Shown here piece after piece: positions 13,849 through 30,399 of a DNA stretch of 64,000 nt. Position 1 is the first letter of the stretch, and each line of letters starts with the position of its first letter. The notes beneath the pieces were generated by a model that searched no databases, had not been told where the DNA came from, and saw only the letters and a program-made list of their open reading frames with translations. This DNA comes from the human T2T-CHM13v2.0 reference genome, Homo sapiens: assembly GCF_009914755.1 (NCBI RefSeq), contig NC_060933.1; one strand, given 5' to 3'. Both the position numbers and the translations under genes were made by a program.

Positions 13849-14305
13849 AGTTTTATTGAGGTATAATTGACAAATAAAAATTATATATATATATATGGTG
13901 TACAACACGATGTTTTGATATACATTGTGAAATGATTCAAACTAATTAACATATCATCATCTCACATACTTATCATTTTTTTGAGGTGAGGATTTAAGAC
14001 AGACTCTCTTAGAAATTTTAAAATATATAATACATTATAGTTAACACAATCACCACACGGTACAATAGATCATCAAAACTTATTTATCCTGTAGAACTGA
14101 AATTTTGTACCTTTTGACCAACTTCTCCCCATTCCCACCCCCATCCCAGAGCCCCTAGCAACCACTATTCTACTCTCTGCTTGTCTAGATTCCACATACA
14201 AGTGAGATCACACAGAATATTTTTCTGTACCTGGCATAACGAGCTAAGAATAAAGTCTTCTAGATTCATCTTTGTGTCACAATTGACAAGGCTTCCTTCT
14301 TTTTA
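13849..14305 (-). mobile_element. L1MA 3' end fragment
   Basis: ttttattgaggtataattgacaaataaaaattatat...ggtgtacaac. Confidence 0.75.
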
Positions 14306-14758
14306 AATCTTTTTTATCTTTCTTTAATTATTTTTTAACTGACAAAAATTATATATATTCATGCTATATAACGTGGTGTGTTGAAATATGCATGCATTTT
14401 ACAATGGCTAAATCGAGCTAATTAATATATTTATTACCCCAGCTGCTTCTTATTTTTTGTGGTGAGAAAACTTAAAATCCACTCTTTTAGTGATTTTCAA
14501 GTATGCAATACATTGTTATGAACTATATTCACCATGTTGTACAATTATAAATTTCTTGAACTTATTATTCATGTCTAACTGAAATTTTGTATCATTCAAC
14601 AAATGTTTTCACAGTAATTCCCCATCCCAGTCCCTGGCAACCATTACTTTACTCTCTGCTTCTATGAGGTTGACTTTTTTAGATTTCACATATAAGTGAG
14701 ATCATGTGATATTTATCTTTCTGTACTGGGCTTATTTCACTTAAAATAATATCATCCA

Positions 14759-15056
14759 GGCTGGGTGTGGTAGCTCATGCTTGTAATCCCAGCACTTTGG
14801 GAGGCTAAGGCAGGTGGATCACAGGAGGCCAGGAGTTCAAGAGCACCCTGACCACCAAAGCAAAACCCCTTTTCTACTAAAAATACAAACATCAGCTGGG
14901 CATGGTGGTGTGCGCCTGTAATCCCAGCTACTCAGGAGGCTTGGGCACAAGAATCCTTGAACCTGAGAGACGGAGGTTGCAGTGAGCCAAGATCACACCA
15001 CTGCACTCCAGCCTGGGTGACAGAATGAGACCCTGTCTCAAAAACAAACAAATAAT
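14759..15056 (+). mobile_element. Alu (old S/J type)
   Basis: Full dimer; TSD aataatatcatcca/aataatatcatcaa. Confidence 0.93.
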
Positions 15057-15717
15057 AATAATATCATCAAGATCCGTCCATATTGTTGCAAATAATAGGA
15101 TTTTCTTCTATTCAAAGGCTGAATAGTATTCTATTTCTATAATGCAATATATATCACATTATACGCACACACAAACACACACACACATACACATACATCA
15201 CATTTTCTTTATCCATTCATCCATTAAATGGATGCTTTGATTGATCCCATATCTTCGGTATTGTGAATAATGCTACAATGAACATGGGAGTGCAGACATC
15301 TCTTCAACATACTGAACAGATACGGCCATAGGTCCAGCAGTGGGAGCCCTGGATCATGTATAGTTCTATTTTCAGTTTTTTGAAAAGCCTTTAGACTATT
15401 TTTAATAATGTCTCTCCTAATTTACATTACCACCAAGGAATGTATAAGTGTCTCCTTTTCTCCACATCCTTGCCAGCACTTGCTATCTTTTGTCTTTTTT
15501 GTTTTTTGTTTTTTATTATACTTTAAGTTCAAGGGTACATGTGCACAACGTGCAGGTTTGTTACTTATGTATACATGTGCCATGTTGGTGTGCTGCACCC
15601 ATTAACTCGTCATTTACATTAGGTATATCTCCTATGCTACTCCTCCCCACTTCCCACACCCCACAACAGGCCCTGGTGTGTGATGTTCCCCTTCCTGTGT
15701 CCAAGTGTTCTCATTGT

Positions 15718-19517
<3,800 letters not shown>

Positions 19518-19580
19518 TGTGATGTTAGCTGGTTATTTTGCCCGTTAGTTGATGCAGTTTCTTCCTAGCCTCGATGGTCT

Positions 19581-20755
19581 TTACAATTTGGCATGTTTTT
19601 GCAGTGGCTGGTACTGGTTGTTCCTTTGCATGTTTATGCAGTGCAGTGGCTCATGCCTGTAATCCCAGGGAGGCTGAGGTGCGGCGGATCACCTGAGGTC
19701 AGGAGTTCGAGACCAGCCTGGCCAACATGGTGAAACCCTGTCTCTCCTAAAAATTACAAAATTAGCTGGGTGTGGTGGCAGGTGCCTGTAATCCCAGTGC
19801 TTCCTTCAGGAGCTCTTGTAGGGCCAGCCTGGTGGTGACAAAATCTCTCAGTGTTTGCTTCTCTGTATAGGATTTTATTTCTCCTTCACTTATGAAGCAT
19901 AGTTTGGCTGGATATGAAATTCTGGGTTGAAAATTCTTTCCTTTAAGAACGTTGAATATTAGTCCCCACTCTCTTCTGGCTTGTAGAGTTTCTGCTGAGA
20001 GATCTGCTGTTAGTCTGGTGGGCTTCCCTTTGTGGATAACCCAACCTTTCTCTCTTGCTGCCCTTAACATTTTTTCCTTCATTTCAACTATGGCAAATCT
20101 GACAATCACATGTCTTGGAGTTGCTCTTCTCGAGGAGTATCTTTGTGGCGTTCTCTGTATTTCCTGAAGTTGAATGTTGGCCTGCCTTGCTAGATTGGGG
20201 AAGTTCTCCTGGATAATATCCTGCAGAGTGTTTTCCAACTTGGTTCCATTCTCCCCGTCACTTTCAGGTACACCAATCAGACGTAGATTTGGTCTTTTCA
20301 CATAGTCCCATATTTCTTGGAGGCTTTGTTCATTTCTTTTTATTCTTTTTCTCTAAACTTCTCTTCTCGCTTCATTTCGTTCATTTGATCTTCCATCACT
20401 GATACCCTTTCTTCCAGTTGATCGAATCAGCTACTGAAGCTTGTGCATTTGTCATGTAGTTCTCATGCCATGGTTTTCAGCTCCATCAGGTCATTTAAGG
20501 AGTTCTCTACACTGGTTATTCTAGTTAGCCATTCATCTATTCTTTTTTCAAGGTTTTTAGCTTCTTTGCAATGGGTTTTACCTTCCTCCTTTAGCTCGGA
20601 GAAGTTTGATCGTCTGAAGTCTTCTTCTCTCAACTCGTCAAAGTCATTCTCTGTCCAGCTTTGTTCCATTGCTGGCGAGGAGCTGTGTTCCTTTGGAGGG
20701 GGAGAGGCGCTCTGATTTTTAGAATTTTCAGCTTTTCTGCTCTGTTTTTCCCCAT
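19581..20755 (-). pseudogene. L1 ORF1, frameshifted and interrupted by an Alu fragment
   Basis: MEQSWTENDFDELREE, KRPNLRLIGVPESDGENGTKLENTLQDIIQENFPNLARQ; ATG at 20755, native stop at 19581-19583. Confidence 0.92.
19637..19797 (+). mobile_element. Tail-less AluS fragment (left arm plus start of right arm) inside L1 ORF1
   Basis: gtgcagtggctcatgcctgtaatccca...ggatcacctgaggtcaggagttcgagacc...gcctgtaatcccag; no A-tail, no TSD. Confidence 0.9.
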
Positions 20756-21330
20756 CTTTGTGGTTTTATCTACCTTTGGTCTTTGATGATGGTGACGTAC
20801 AGATGGGGTTTTGGTGTGGATGTCCTTTCTGTTTGTTAGTTTTCTTTCTAACAGTCAGGACCCTCAGCTGCAGGTCTGTTGGAGTGTGCTGGAGGTCCAC
20901 TCCAGACCCTGTTTGCCTGGGTATCAGCAGCGGAGGCTGCAGAACAGTGAATATTGCTGAACAGCAAATGTTGCTGCCTGATCATTCCTCTGGAAGCTTC
21001 GTCTCAGAGGGGTACCTGGCCGTGTGGGGTGTCAGTCTGCCCCTACTGTGGGATGTCTCCCAATTAGGCTACTCGGGGGTCAGGGACCCACTTGAGGAGG
21101 CAGTCTGTCCGTTCTCAGATCTCAAACTCCATGCTGGGAGAACCACTACTCTCTTCAAAGCTGTCAGACAGGGACATTTAAGTCTGCAGAGGTTTCTGCT
21201 GCCTTTTGTTTGGCTATGCCCTGCCCCCAGAGGTGGAGTCTACAGAGGCAGGCAGGCCTCCTTGAGCTGCGGTGGGCTCCACCCAGTTTGAGTTTCCAGG
21301 CTGCTTTGTTTACCTACTCAAGCCTCAGCA

Positions 21331-21513
21331 ATGGTGGGCACCCCTCCCCCAGCCTCACTGCCACCTTGCAGTTCGATCTCAGACTGCTGTGCTAGCAATG
21401 AGCAAGGCTCCATGGGCATGGGACCCTCTGAGCCAGGAGCAGGATATTATCTCCTGGTGTTCCGTTTGCTGAGACTGTTGGAAAAGCACAGTATTAGGGT
21501 GAGAGTGATCTGA
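21331..21513 (+). CDS. L1 ORF0 homolog (antisense 5' UTR ORF), truncated to 60 aa; expression unknown
   Basis: MVGTPPPASLPPCSSISDCCASN...GPSEPG matches recalled ORF0 (MAGAPPPASLPPCSLISDCCASN); Kozak gcaATGg. Confidence 0.6.
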   Translation: MVGTPPPASLPPCSSISDCCASNEQGSMGMGPSEPGAGYYLLVFRLLRLLEKHSIRVRVI

Positions 21514-22319
21514 TTTTCCAGGTGCTTTCTGTTACAGCTTCCCTTGGCTAGGAAAGGGAATTCCCTGACCTTTTGCACTTCCCGGGTGAAGAGATGCCTA
21601 GCCCTGCTTTGGCTCACGCTCAGTGGGTTGCACTCACTGTCCTGCACTCACTGTCCGAGAAGCCCCTGTGAGATGAACCTGGTACCTCAGTTGGAAATGC
21701 AGAAATCACCGGTCTTCTGCGTCGCTCACGCTGGGAGCTGTAGACTGGGGCTGTTCCTGTTTGGCCATCCTCTTTTGTCTTTTTTATAGTAGCCACTCTA
21801 ACAAGTGTGAGGTGCTGTCTTTTTGTACTTTTAATTTGCATATTTTCTGACAGTTAGTGATATTGACCATTTTTTATATACTTATTGTCTGTTTGTGTGT
21901 TTTCTTTTGAGAAATGTCTATTCAGATCCTTTGCCCATTTTTCAGTTGGGTTATTTGTTTTCTTGCTGTTGAGCTTTTTGAGTCTCTTTTATATTTTGGA
22001 TATTAACTTCTTATTAGATGGATGGTTTGCAAATATTTTCTCTCATTCTCTTGGTTGTCCCATCCCTTTTTTCAAATGTGCTTTAATATTATTACATTTT
22101 ATTTTCTATAAATATATGTTAACAGCTAACATATATATTGAGTGCCAGACAATATTTTAAATGTTTTACAGGCATCTTATTTAATTCTTACATTTTTGCA
22201 GATGAAGGGAAGGAGTCACAAAGAGGCTAAGTAATTTTATTGGGGTCATACTTCTAAGATTAAATTGCCCTAAATGTGATACTTAATACAATTTGTTATA
22301 ATTCAGTCTCATGTTTTTT

Positions 22320-22885
22320 GCATAATTATTGACAATAGCCCAAATATGGAATCAACCTAAATGCTTATCAGCAAATGAATAGTTTTTTTAAATGTGGTAT
22401 ACAGATACAATAGAATACTATTTATCTTTAAAAAAAAGAAAGAGATCCCATTATTTGTGACAACACGGATGAACCTGAAGGACATTAAGTAAAATAAGCC
22501 AGGCACAGAAAGACAAATATCACATGATCTGTTATATGTGAAATCTAAAAACTTTGAACTCAGAAGTAAAGAGTGGAATGGTGGTTACCAGGGGCAAGGT
22601 TGGGGGTAATTGTTGGGGAGTTGTTGGTCAAAGGATGCAAAATTTCAGTTGAGGTAGGAAGAATAAATTCATGAGATCTTTTTTACAACATGGCAACTAT
22701 AGTTAATAACAATGCATTGTATTCTTGAAAGTTGCTAAGAGAGTAGATTTTAAGTGTTCTCATCACAAAAAATGTACGATAATTCATATGTTAATTCATT
22801 CAATTTAGCTCTTCCACAATTTCAAAACAATATGTTGTACAGGATAAATATGTGCAATTTTTGTCAACTAATTTTTTAAAAAAAG
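22320..22885 (+). mobile_element. L1MA 3' end
   Basis: atatggaatcaacctaaatg, aaataagccaggcacagaaagacaaata, gttgctaagagagtagattttaagtgttctc. Confidence 0.8.
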
Positions 22886-23558
22886 ATCAAACTGTCAAAG
22901 CAGATTCACACAAATCACATGTCATGCGTGCAACAAAATTTACTAAATGTTAGCAAAGAATATTAGCACAAGACAGCCACGAGCTCCATGAGTTTCTATG
23001 AGGTCCTGAATCCATCAAACAAGCCTCTTTGAAGTTCTTTTTCACACACCAAGATGTGAGGATCACAAACTGTATGTGGTATAGTTTGGCACAGTAGAGG
23101 CCATTCCAGTTTGAGGTTTCTCAGTTTGGGTATTTTAGTAGGCTGGTAACAGCTTTTGTATCCAGCTGCATCCTACAAATTAATAAAATTCAAGGCTTAA
23201 TTAAAATAAGTTATCCAGAGAGATCAGAGATATTCTGTAAAACCGTCTTTCACAAAAACTTAATCTTCTTGTAAATGGATCCCATCACAGTGTCTCTGAG
23301 AATATTCGATGAGGGAAATAATGCCTTTGATGCCCCAGAGGAAAGACAGGGAGAATTAGAACTCCTTTTAATTCTTTCCTCTCAGTGCCTCATTGTTGGT
23401 GAGGCTTATGGCAACCAAATATCTACTGAAATATCTGGCCTTGGTCAGGACTGACACAATGCAAGTCTGGCGCTTTAGTCATTTTTCTTCTCTGCATCTT
23501 GACTCATGCGGGCATTGTTTTTACTTTGATTTTGGTTACTTTCGATAAAATTGTAAAT

Positions 23559-23579
23559 TGTGTGTGTGTGTGTGTGTGT
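23559..23579. repeat. (TG)10 microsatellite
   Basis: Seen directly. Confidence 0.95.
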
Positions 23580-24329
23580 AAATTATTTGAATTGTCCAAA
23601 AACTTCTTAGAAATCAAAGATAAGGGCATTTTTCATAAAACGGTTACATTTTTATTAGGAATAACATTTTTTTCTATAGAGACAACCACAAAATATTTAA
23701 ATTTCTGACCAAAAAAAATATGAAAAGAGACATTTTCATTGTAGTTTTTGATAGCTGAACCCCTGAGTTTATCTGACATAAATCCTTACTTCAGCAACAT
23801 CCTGAGAACTGACCATGGAGCTTTCAGTTAACACTCCTTTGGTAAATTTATTATTTTGCTAAGTAGCCCATTCTCTCTTGGATCAACTATATTTTATACA
23901 TTTAACACAAAGCATTTCTCTTTCACTGTATCTCATTTTGCCTTCCAGGGTTACACTATGTTCAGTCAAATCTTTATACCACATGTTAATACTTCAGTTG
24001 TTTGAAGGCATGTGGTATGGTAGAAAGAACACTGAACTAGGAATCAAGAGACTTGAGTTACTGTTGCAACTCTACCACTAACTAGCTTTTTAACCTCAAT
24101 ATCCTTGTATCTCTTCTTGTTCCTAGTATCTAAAACTGGAGAGTAGCAGCAGCAAACTAAATGACTACAGAACCCCTGTGCCTCTCTTTTTTTCTGTGGC
24201 TTTAGCATTGTCAACCATCCAGGGAAATGTTGAGGGGAGCCTTTCATGTTTCATTTTAAATACAATGTGGCATACAAATATTTCATATTAAATACAACAT
24301 GGCATAGAAAGTTGGTGCTCACCTTTACT

Positions 24330-24725
24330 TGTGCTTTTGGACATGCTGATAGAATATCTTTCTCACTCCCCAGGCACTCATAGGGCTTTGGGACTGGATT
24401 CTGACTAAGGAAGTGCAGATGAACAAATATGGGGTACCCCTTCCAGGCCAGGGCTCGAAACTTCTCAAGCTCTTTGCGTGTGCTCCTGCACTCTCTTTCT
24501 CTCTCTTTCACTTTTTTTGTTTCTTGGCCAGATATAGAGAACCCATTAAAGGATGCCAAGGCCCTAGAAGACAGACAACCTAGAGAGAAAACCCATTAGC
24601 CTGGGCTCCTAAATGATCTGTACTAAACTGTGATGTAAAAAAAGAAATATTTAATACAACTTAATGTAATTAAGTCTCTGAAATTTTGAGGTTGTTTGTT
24701 TTAGAAGTTAGTTTATCCTTTGTCT
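24330..24725 (+). mobile_element. Old MLT1-type MaLR LTR relic
   Basis: gcctgggctcctaaatga and ttaagtctctgaaattttgaggttgtttgtt resemble old MLT1 3' ends; approximate. Confidence 0.4.
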
Positions 24726-27319
24726 AAAAATAACACTTTCTCCTTTCCCTGAAGGTGAATAAGCTCCACTTTCTCCTTACCCGGAAGGTGAATATAGATT
24801 TATATAATTTATATACCACTTATTCATTTCAGAAAGCTCCTCGATTATAATTAAGAAATTGTCACAATCCCTCATGGGGAAAGATGTACTTTCCTTCTCA
24901 TTTTAGGCTACAGAATTTTGGGCAATGAAAAATGAATTGCAGCATACTCAAAAGCAATAACTATTTCCACCAGGGTACAGAATTCATTTGTTAGAAATCA
25001 AATGCTATAACTACCAATGTTTTATTTGTATAATGCCCACATTTATTAGAAATTTGCAAATGACGGTTTTCTCTGCTTAACATTTTCCTTTAATTTACTA
25101 AGGTGCCCTTCTTGATTAATGTCACTTCTTGTTTTGACCATTATGCACATTGCTAGATAAAGCATATGAATATGGAAATAGCAGAGGCATTTTAAAAACA
25201 TCAAACTTTTTAACTTTAAGGTCCTTACACATTTTCATTTTCAAAATAATGATAATTAAATGCATTGTTTTTTAATTTTGTCTGCCTCTAACACATCTCA
25301 AGGTTAAAAACAATAAAAAACATATTGCTTAATTAGAGCACATGTGAAGACTATCCAATGCCAGTGAGAAAAGAAAAAACATGTTAATTACTCAATCCTC
25401 TAATACCATTCTAGAAGAGTGGCTTCTGGTAATTGGAAGACTATTTGCTGAGTGAGGTGATGTCTGTGGGTATGCACGTTTGCTTGTTGGAGCAGTAACC
25501 AGGCTGACTTTTCATAACTAAAAACAAGAAATTATTCAGAGATGAGGAAAAGATCTGGAAACAAGGAAAAGAAGAGCTAAACAGATTAAATACTGAGCAG
25601 AGAAAAAGTGAAGATGGAAAGCTCCCTGGCCATTAGCAAAGCTAGAGAATCTTATGAAAACGACTTAAGAGGGTTGTGTGCTGCTGGCTGTGATAGAAAA
25701 TGCTTCTTTTCCTTCCCTGTGGAAGCTTCAGTAATATCTATGTTGCTGACGGTTATTTCTGCTGGTAACGAAATAAGTTCTAAGTCCTGGCTGCAGGAAT
25801 GTATAAAGCTGAGAAATAGAGATTTGAACAACAGCTCCATAAATTTAACAAAGGTCAAAATCTTGGTCAACAACAGGCCTCCTACTGGAGTTTCAGAAAA
25901 TTGTTACCGAGCAGTACCATCGGTCTGTCTCAAACAACAATCTCTCATCGCCCTCAACCTACCACAGGACTTCTCAAGGTTCTCATCTCTTTCTCTGCCC
26001 CGGCATAACTTCAGGAGTAAGGGACAGTGAGCTCAGTAGATAACATTGTGCATATTTCCTGGAAACTCTATCCCCACTCAGCATGCTTAGTGAGGATTGC
26101 ACCTTTCTGATCTTTTCTGATGTGATCTTGCTCAACCCTCCTTCATCTCAATAGACTAGTATTTCTTAACTTTTTATTTACTGCACAATTTTATAACAAA
26201 AGAGAATTGAACAAAAAAAAAAAAAGAAAACAATCTCACCGTCTTAACATACTGTTTCATTTTTTTTCTGGTTCTGTTTACTCCTAATCCTTATAAATCA
26301 ACAGTTTATATAGTTGGGACTATAGTATATATACAATTTTATGCTCTGCTTTTAAAATTTCATATGTGTCATACAAATCTTTTCATGTAAATGTTGCTGT
26401 GAAGTCTTTGAAATTACTGTATTTAATATTGCAGGTATTCTAACAGATTGATGTAAACCTTGGGTTCTTTTCTTTACTTTTCTTTTTTCTTTTTTCATAT
26501 AGTGAAGCCTTCAGTCTTTTCCTTAGAACCAGGCCTGAAAAGTCCTCAGTTTCTTGCATGAAAAACCATTCTTTGGCTGCCTCCTTCTGCCTACTGTAAA
26601 ATCTCATTCTTGTCTGTATCTGATTCTTCTGCACAAAACCTTTCTTGACTGAATATCTCCAGACTTATTTTTAGTAGCCCCTTGCATAATCCTTTAGGTA
26701 TGATTTTACAACTCATGATGAACTTGGCTTCAGCCTCTAGATTTTTTGATTTAAGTAATTTGGCATGGGTTAACTAGAAGTTCATACAGGTGAACTCTGG
26801 AAATCTTAAGTAAATTTAAATTTAAATCATTCTTCTGAATGGAGAAGATATGTATTTACTAAATATCACAATGAATGTATTGTATGGAGCATAGAAATAC
26901 AAAATATCATTTGATCCCTATAAAACCTTAAGAAATAGACATTATTAATTTTTATTTTCTTAGAGGAAAAAAACCTTAGTGCCACAACTTTAACATGATC
27001 GAGGACACATTACTCGAAAATGGCAGAGCCATGTAAATTTGAACCTAGTTCTGATTTCAATTTCCATTATATTTTCTTGCATTGCTCAAGTATCACCACA
27101 GATTCCCGTTGTATGTACATCTCATTTACTTTTTGTCCCACAGTAGTGAACTGCTAGAAGGAAACATGACAAAATTTTAATGCTTTTTCTGTTTGTATTT
27201 TTTAAATTTTGTTTTTTTTTCTTGTGCCCAAAGGCACAAGTTTTACTTTTAAAATCATAATAAAAGTATATAAAATTTAATGGGCATAAGGATATTAACA
27301 TTTTATCAAACAAGCATGT

Positions 27320-27522
27320 GTTTTGTGGTCAGATAGATCAGAATTTGAATCCAAGTACTACCACTTACTTATTCTCTTTAGCCTCATTTCCCTCATTTGT
27401 GTTGAGGTAATGATAGTACCAATCTCAAAAGCTGATGAAATGAGATAATATACTAGTTATTATGCCAGATAATATACCTGGCATCTAGTAAGTCTTCAAA
27501 AAATCTTAGCTGTCATTATTTA
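27320..27522 (+). mobile_element. MIR
   Basis: tttgaatcca...taccacttact, gcctcatttccctcatttgt, cctggcatctagtaagt. Confidence 0.65.
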
Positions 27523-29720
27523 TTATACTGGCTTTCTCGTATTTAAGTACTTAAAACTCTTAGGTATGCTGAATATTTGGTCTTGATTTCTCAATTCTGT
27601 GGTTACAGTTTTTAGTTCATTTTAATGCATTGTTTTGAAAATATGTCAGTTCTATGATAATAAATCCTGTGATAGCATTTAGCACAAGTGCAAACAAAGG
27701 CTTTAGCTTCCCCTGTGGGTACATCATAGTAATCATGGCATCAACAGCAACATGCTTCTTGATTAGATCAATTAATTCAGGAAGACAAGATATTTATTTT
27801 GCATTTTTCAATTTTTATGCTCCATGGTGACTTCCTATTGTTAAATGCTTGTCATTACTCTTACATTTTATTTCATCTAGACCACTGAATGGTGTAATGA
27901 ACTTACAATTACATATATGAGAGCAATTTATCTAATATCAATTCTCCACCAAAATCATGACCTATAAGAGATAAAAAAAAAAAAGGGGGGGTACTAAAAA
28001 GAGTGAGAGAGAACATTATAGCTCTGCACAACTTTTCAGAACTTTCTTTAATACTTAGAGGTATTATCAGGTGAGAATTAGAGATTGGAAAGGTTGATTG
28101 GTTTTTCATGTTTATTAGCCATTTGAATTTCTTCTTTCATTTTTATTTATATCATTTGCCTGTTTTTATTGTTTCTTTCTCTCCCTCTTTCTCTGCTTAA
28201 GCAAAAATGGGAATGGATCATAAGGACACAGAAGTATTTCACAATTTCACACAACTCAATAGCAAAAAATGCACCTGATCATCACAAGGGTCTGGAAACA
28301 GAAACTGGGGAGAAGACTAGATTCTAAATGTCAGTATGAGGAGTCCATCAGGGATTGCAATCTGTCATGGCTCCTAACTAGTCTTTGTGACAGGTAAGGA
28401 ATACTAAGGAAGAAAACTCTACCATTGTAATTTAGGATTAGCTGGTGTATAGACCCTAACTACTTAAATTTAGAGAACAGATTTTTAGCGTGTTCCACAG
28501 GCATAACACTGCAGCACTTCTCTGCCATCCAGTGAGCCATGTCCTCTTCAAGGAGTCTGCATCAGCACTTGGCAGACCTCATTTTTGGATTCTCTATTTC
28601 AGTTCTAGCAATAACATCTGGTCCTAATGTCTATTATTTCTATATTTTGTAGAGTTTTCTTCACTTCTTATGGGCCAATCTCTCATGATTCCAAACTCCA
28701 TCATAGTTAATATTGTTTCACATTAAAGGTTTCCTGTTCAAATCACTGGATGGTTTCTGTTTCTTGATTGGACCTGGACTAATTCTAATTGAAACTGCCC
28801 TAAAGGCCTTATTTCTTACACTTTAAAAAAGCCATCACTTTTTGTTTCCTTGTATTGTTACTCATGCTAATACTATGAATGGTTAATCACTATTGATCTT
28901 TGCCTTTTTTATTAGATCAGAGATCCTCATTGCCATTACTGATAGTTTAAACTGAATAATTCTTTGTTACATGGGGATTCTCTGTGTGTCATAGCATGTT
29001 TATCAGCTTCAGAATCACTCCTGGCTGAGAATCACTGAATAAGATAGTTTTCCTCTTTTTAAAAAAACATGTGGTTCTTTCATTCATTTGGGATATATTT
29101 GGGTTTTTAGAATAAAAACAGAAGCTTATTTTATTTTCTTTCTGAACATATAGGCCATTGTCCCAGGCCAGATTATTAAACAATGCTTCCTTCTTCACTG
29201 ATTTAAAATGCTGCCTTCATCTTTTATTTCTTATGCATATTAGTTTATACTTTAGAACTATTTTCTATTCCATTAAACTTTCATTCATTTCTACAATCTT
29301 TTAATTATTTTGGCTTTATAATGCATTTTTAAATATCTGAGAGGTTTGGGTCCCTTTAATAACTCTTCTTTTTCAAAATCTACATACCTGTGCTTGTTCA
29401 TTAATGCTTTCAAATGAGCATTTAAATGGTTTTGTTAAGGTTTTTAAGTGTTTTCTTTGAACAAATTGCATTTAATCCATTAATCACGATAAAAATGATT
29501 AACATCACTTACAAAGAGCCACTCTTCTCAGACAGGAACTTCATAAAGTCATTTATTCAAATCTCCCTTTATGCAAGTCAGCAACACTTCATCATTTTCT
29601 TCATTAAAACCCTGTATATTTCTTGTTCGGTTTATTTCTAGATATTCTCTATTAAGATTGGGAATAAGGTTATTTGTTTCAATATATTTTTAACTATTCA
29701 ATGCCAGTGTTAAAGTTATA

Positions 29721-30030
<310 letters not shown>

Positions 30031-30399
30031 TTATAGATTTTATATATTTATTGCATACCTGACTTTATTAAACTCCTATAAATCTTATTTTTTAGCTAAT
30101 TTTCTTGAGTGACCAAATCTATTTCAATGTAAGAATTTTAGTAAAATACAAATTTTTCATGAGACCATTATCTCCTCATAGAAAGTAGAATCTTTATAAT
30201 TTTCTGAGAGATTTTCTCATCTCATTAAAATCTTCTTAGAGAGAAGCATTGGAAGGCATACATTGGAAGGAGATAAGGTAATAGTTCTCTGTGAATATAA
30301 AAGATAATTTCGTATATTTTTCTCTCTTTTCTCACTCCTTGATATTACAGGGTCAGTGCTGGCATACATTTGCTGCAAGATATGAAGGTATTGTCAATT

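Noticed and set aside
25608-26030. 140-aa ORF in unique sequence
   Set aside because: Non-ATG (GTG) start, no recognisable domain or convincing splice context; compatible with chance
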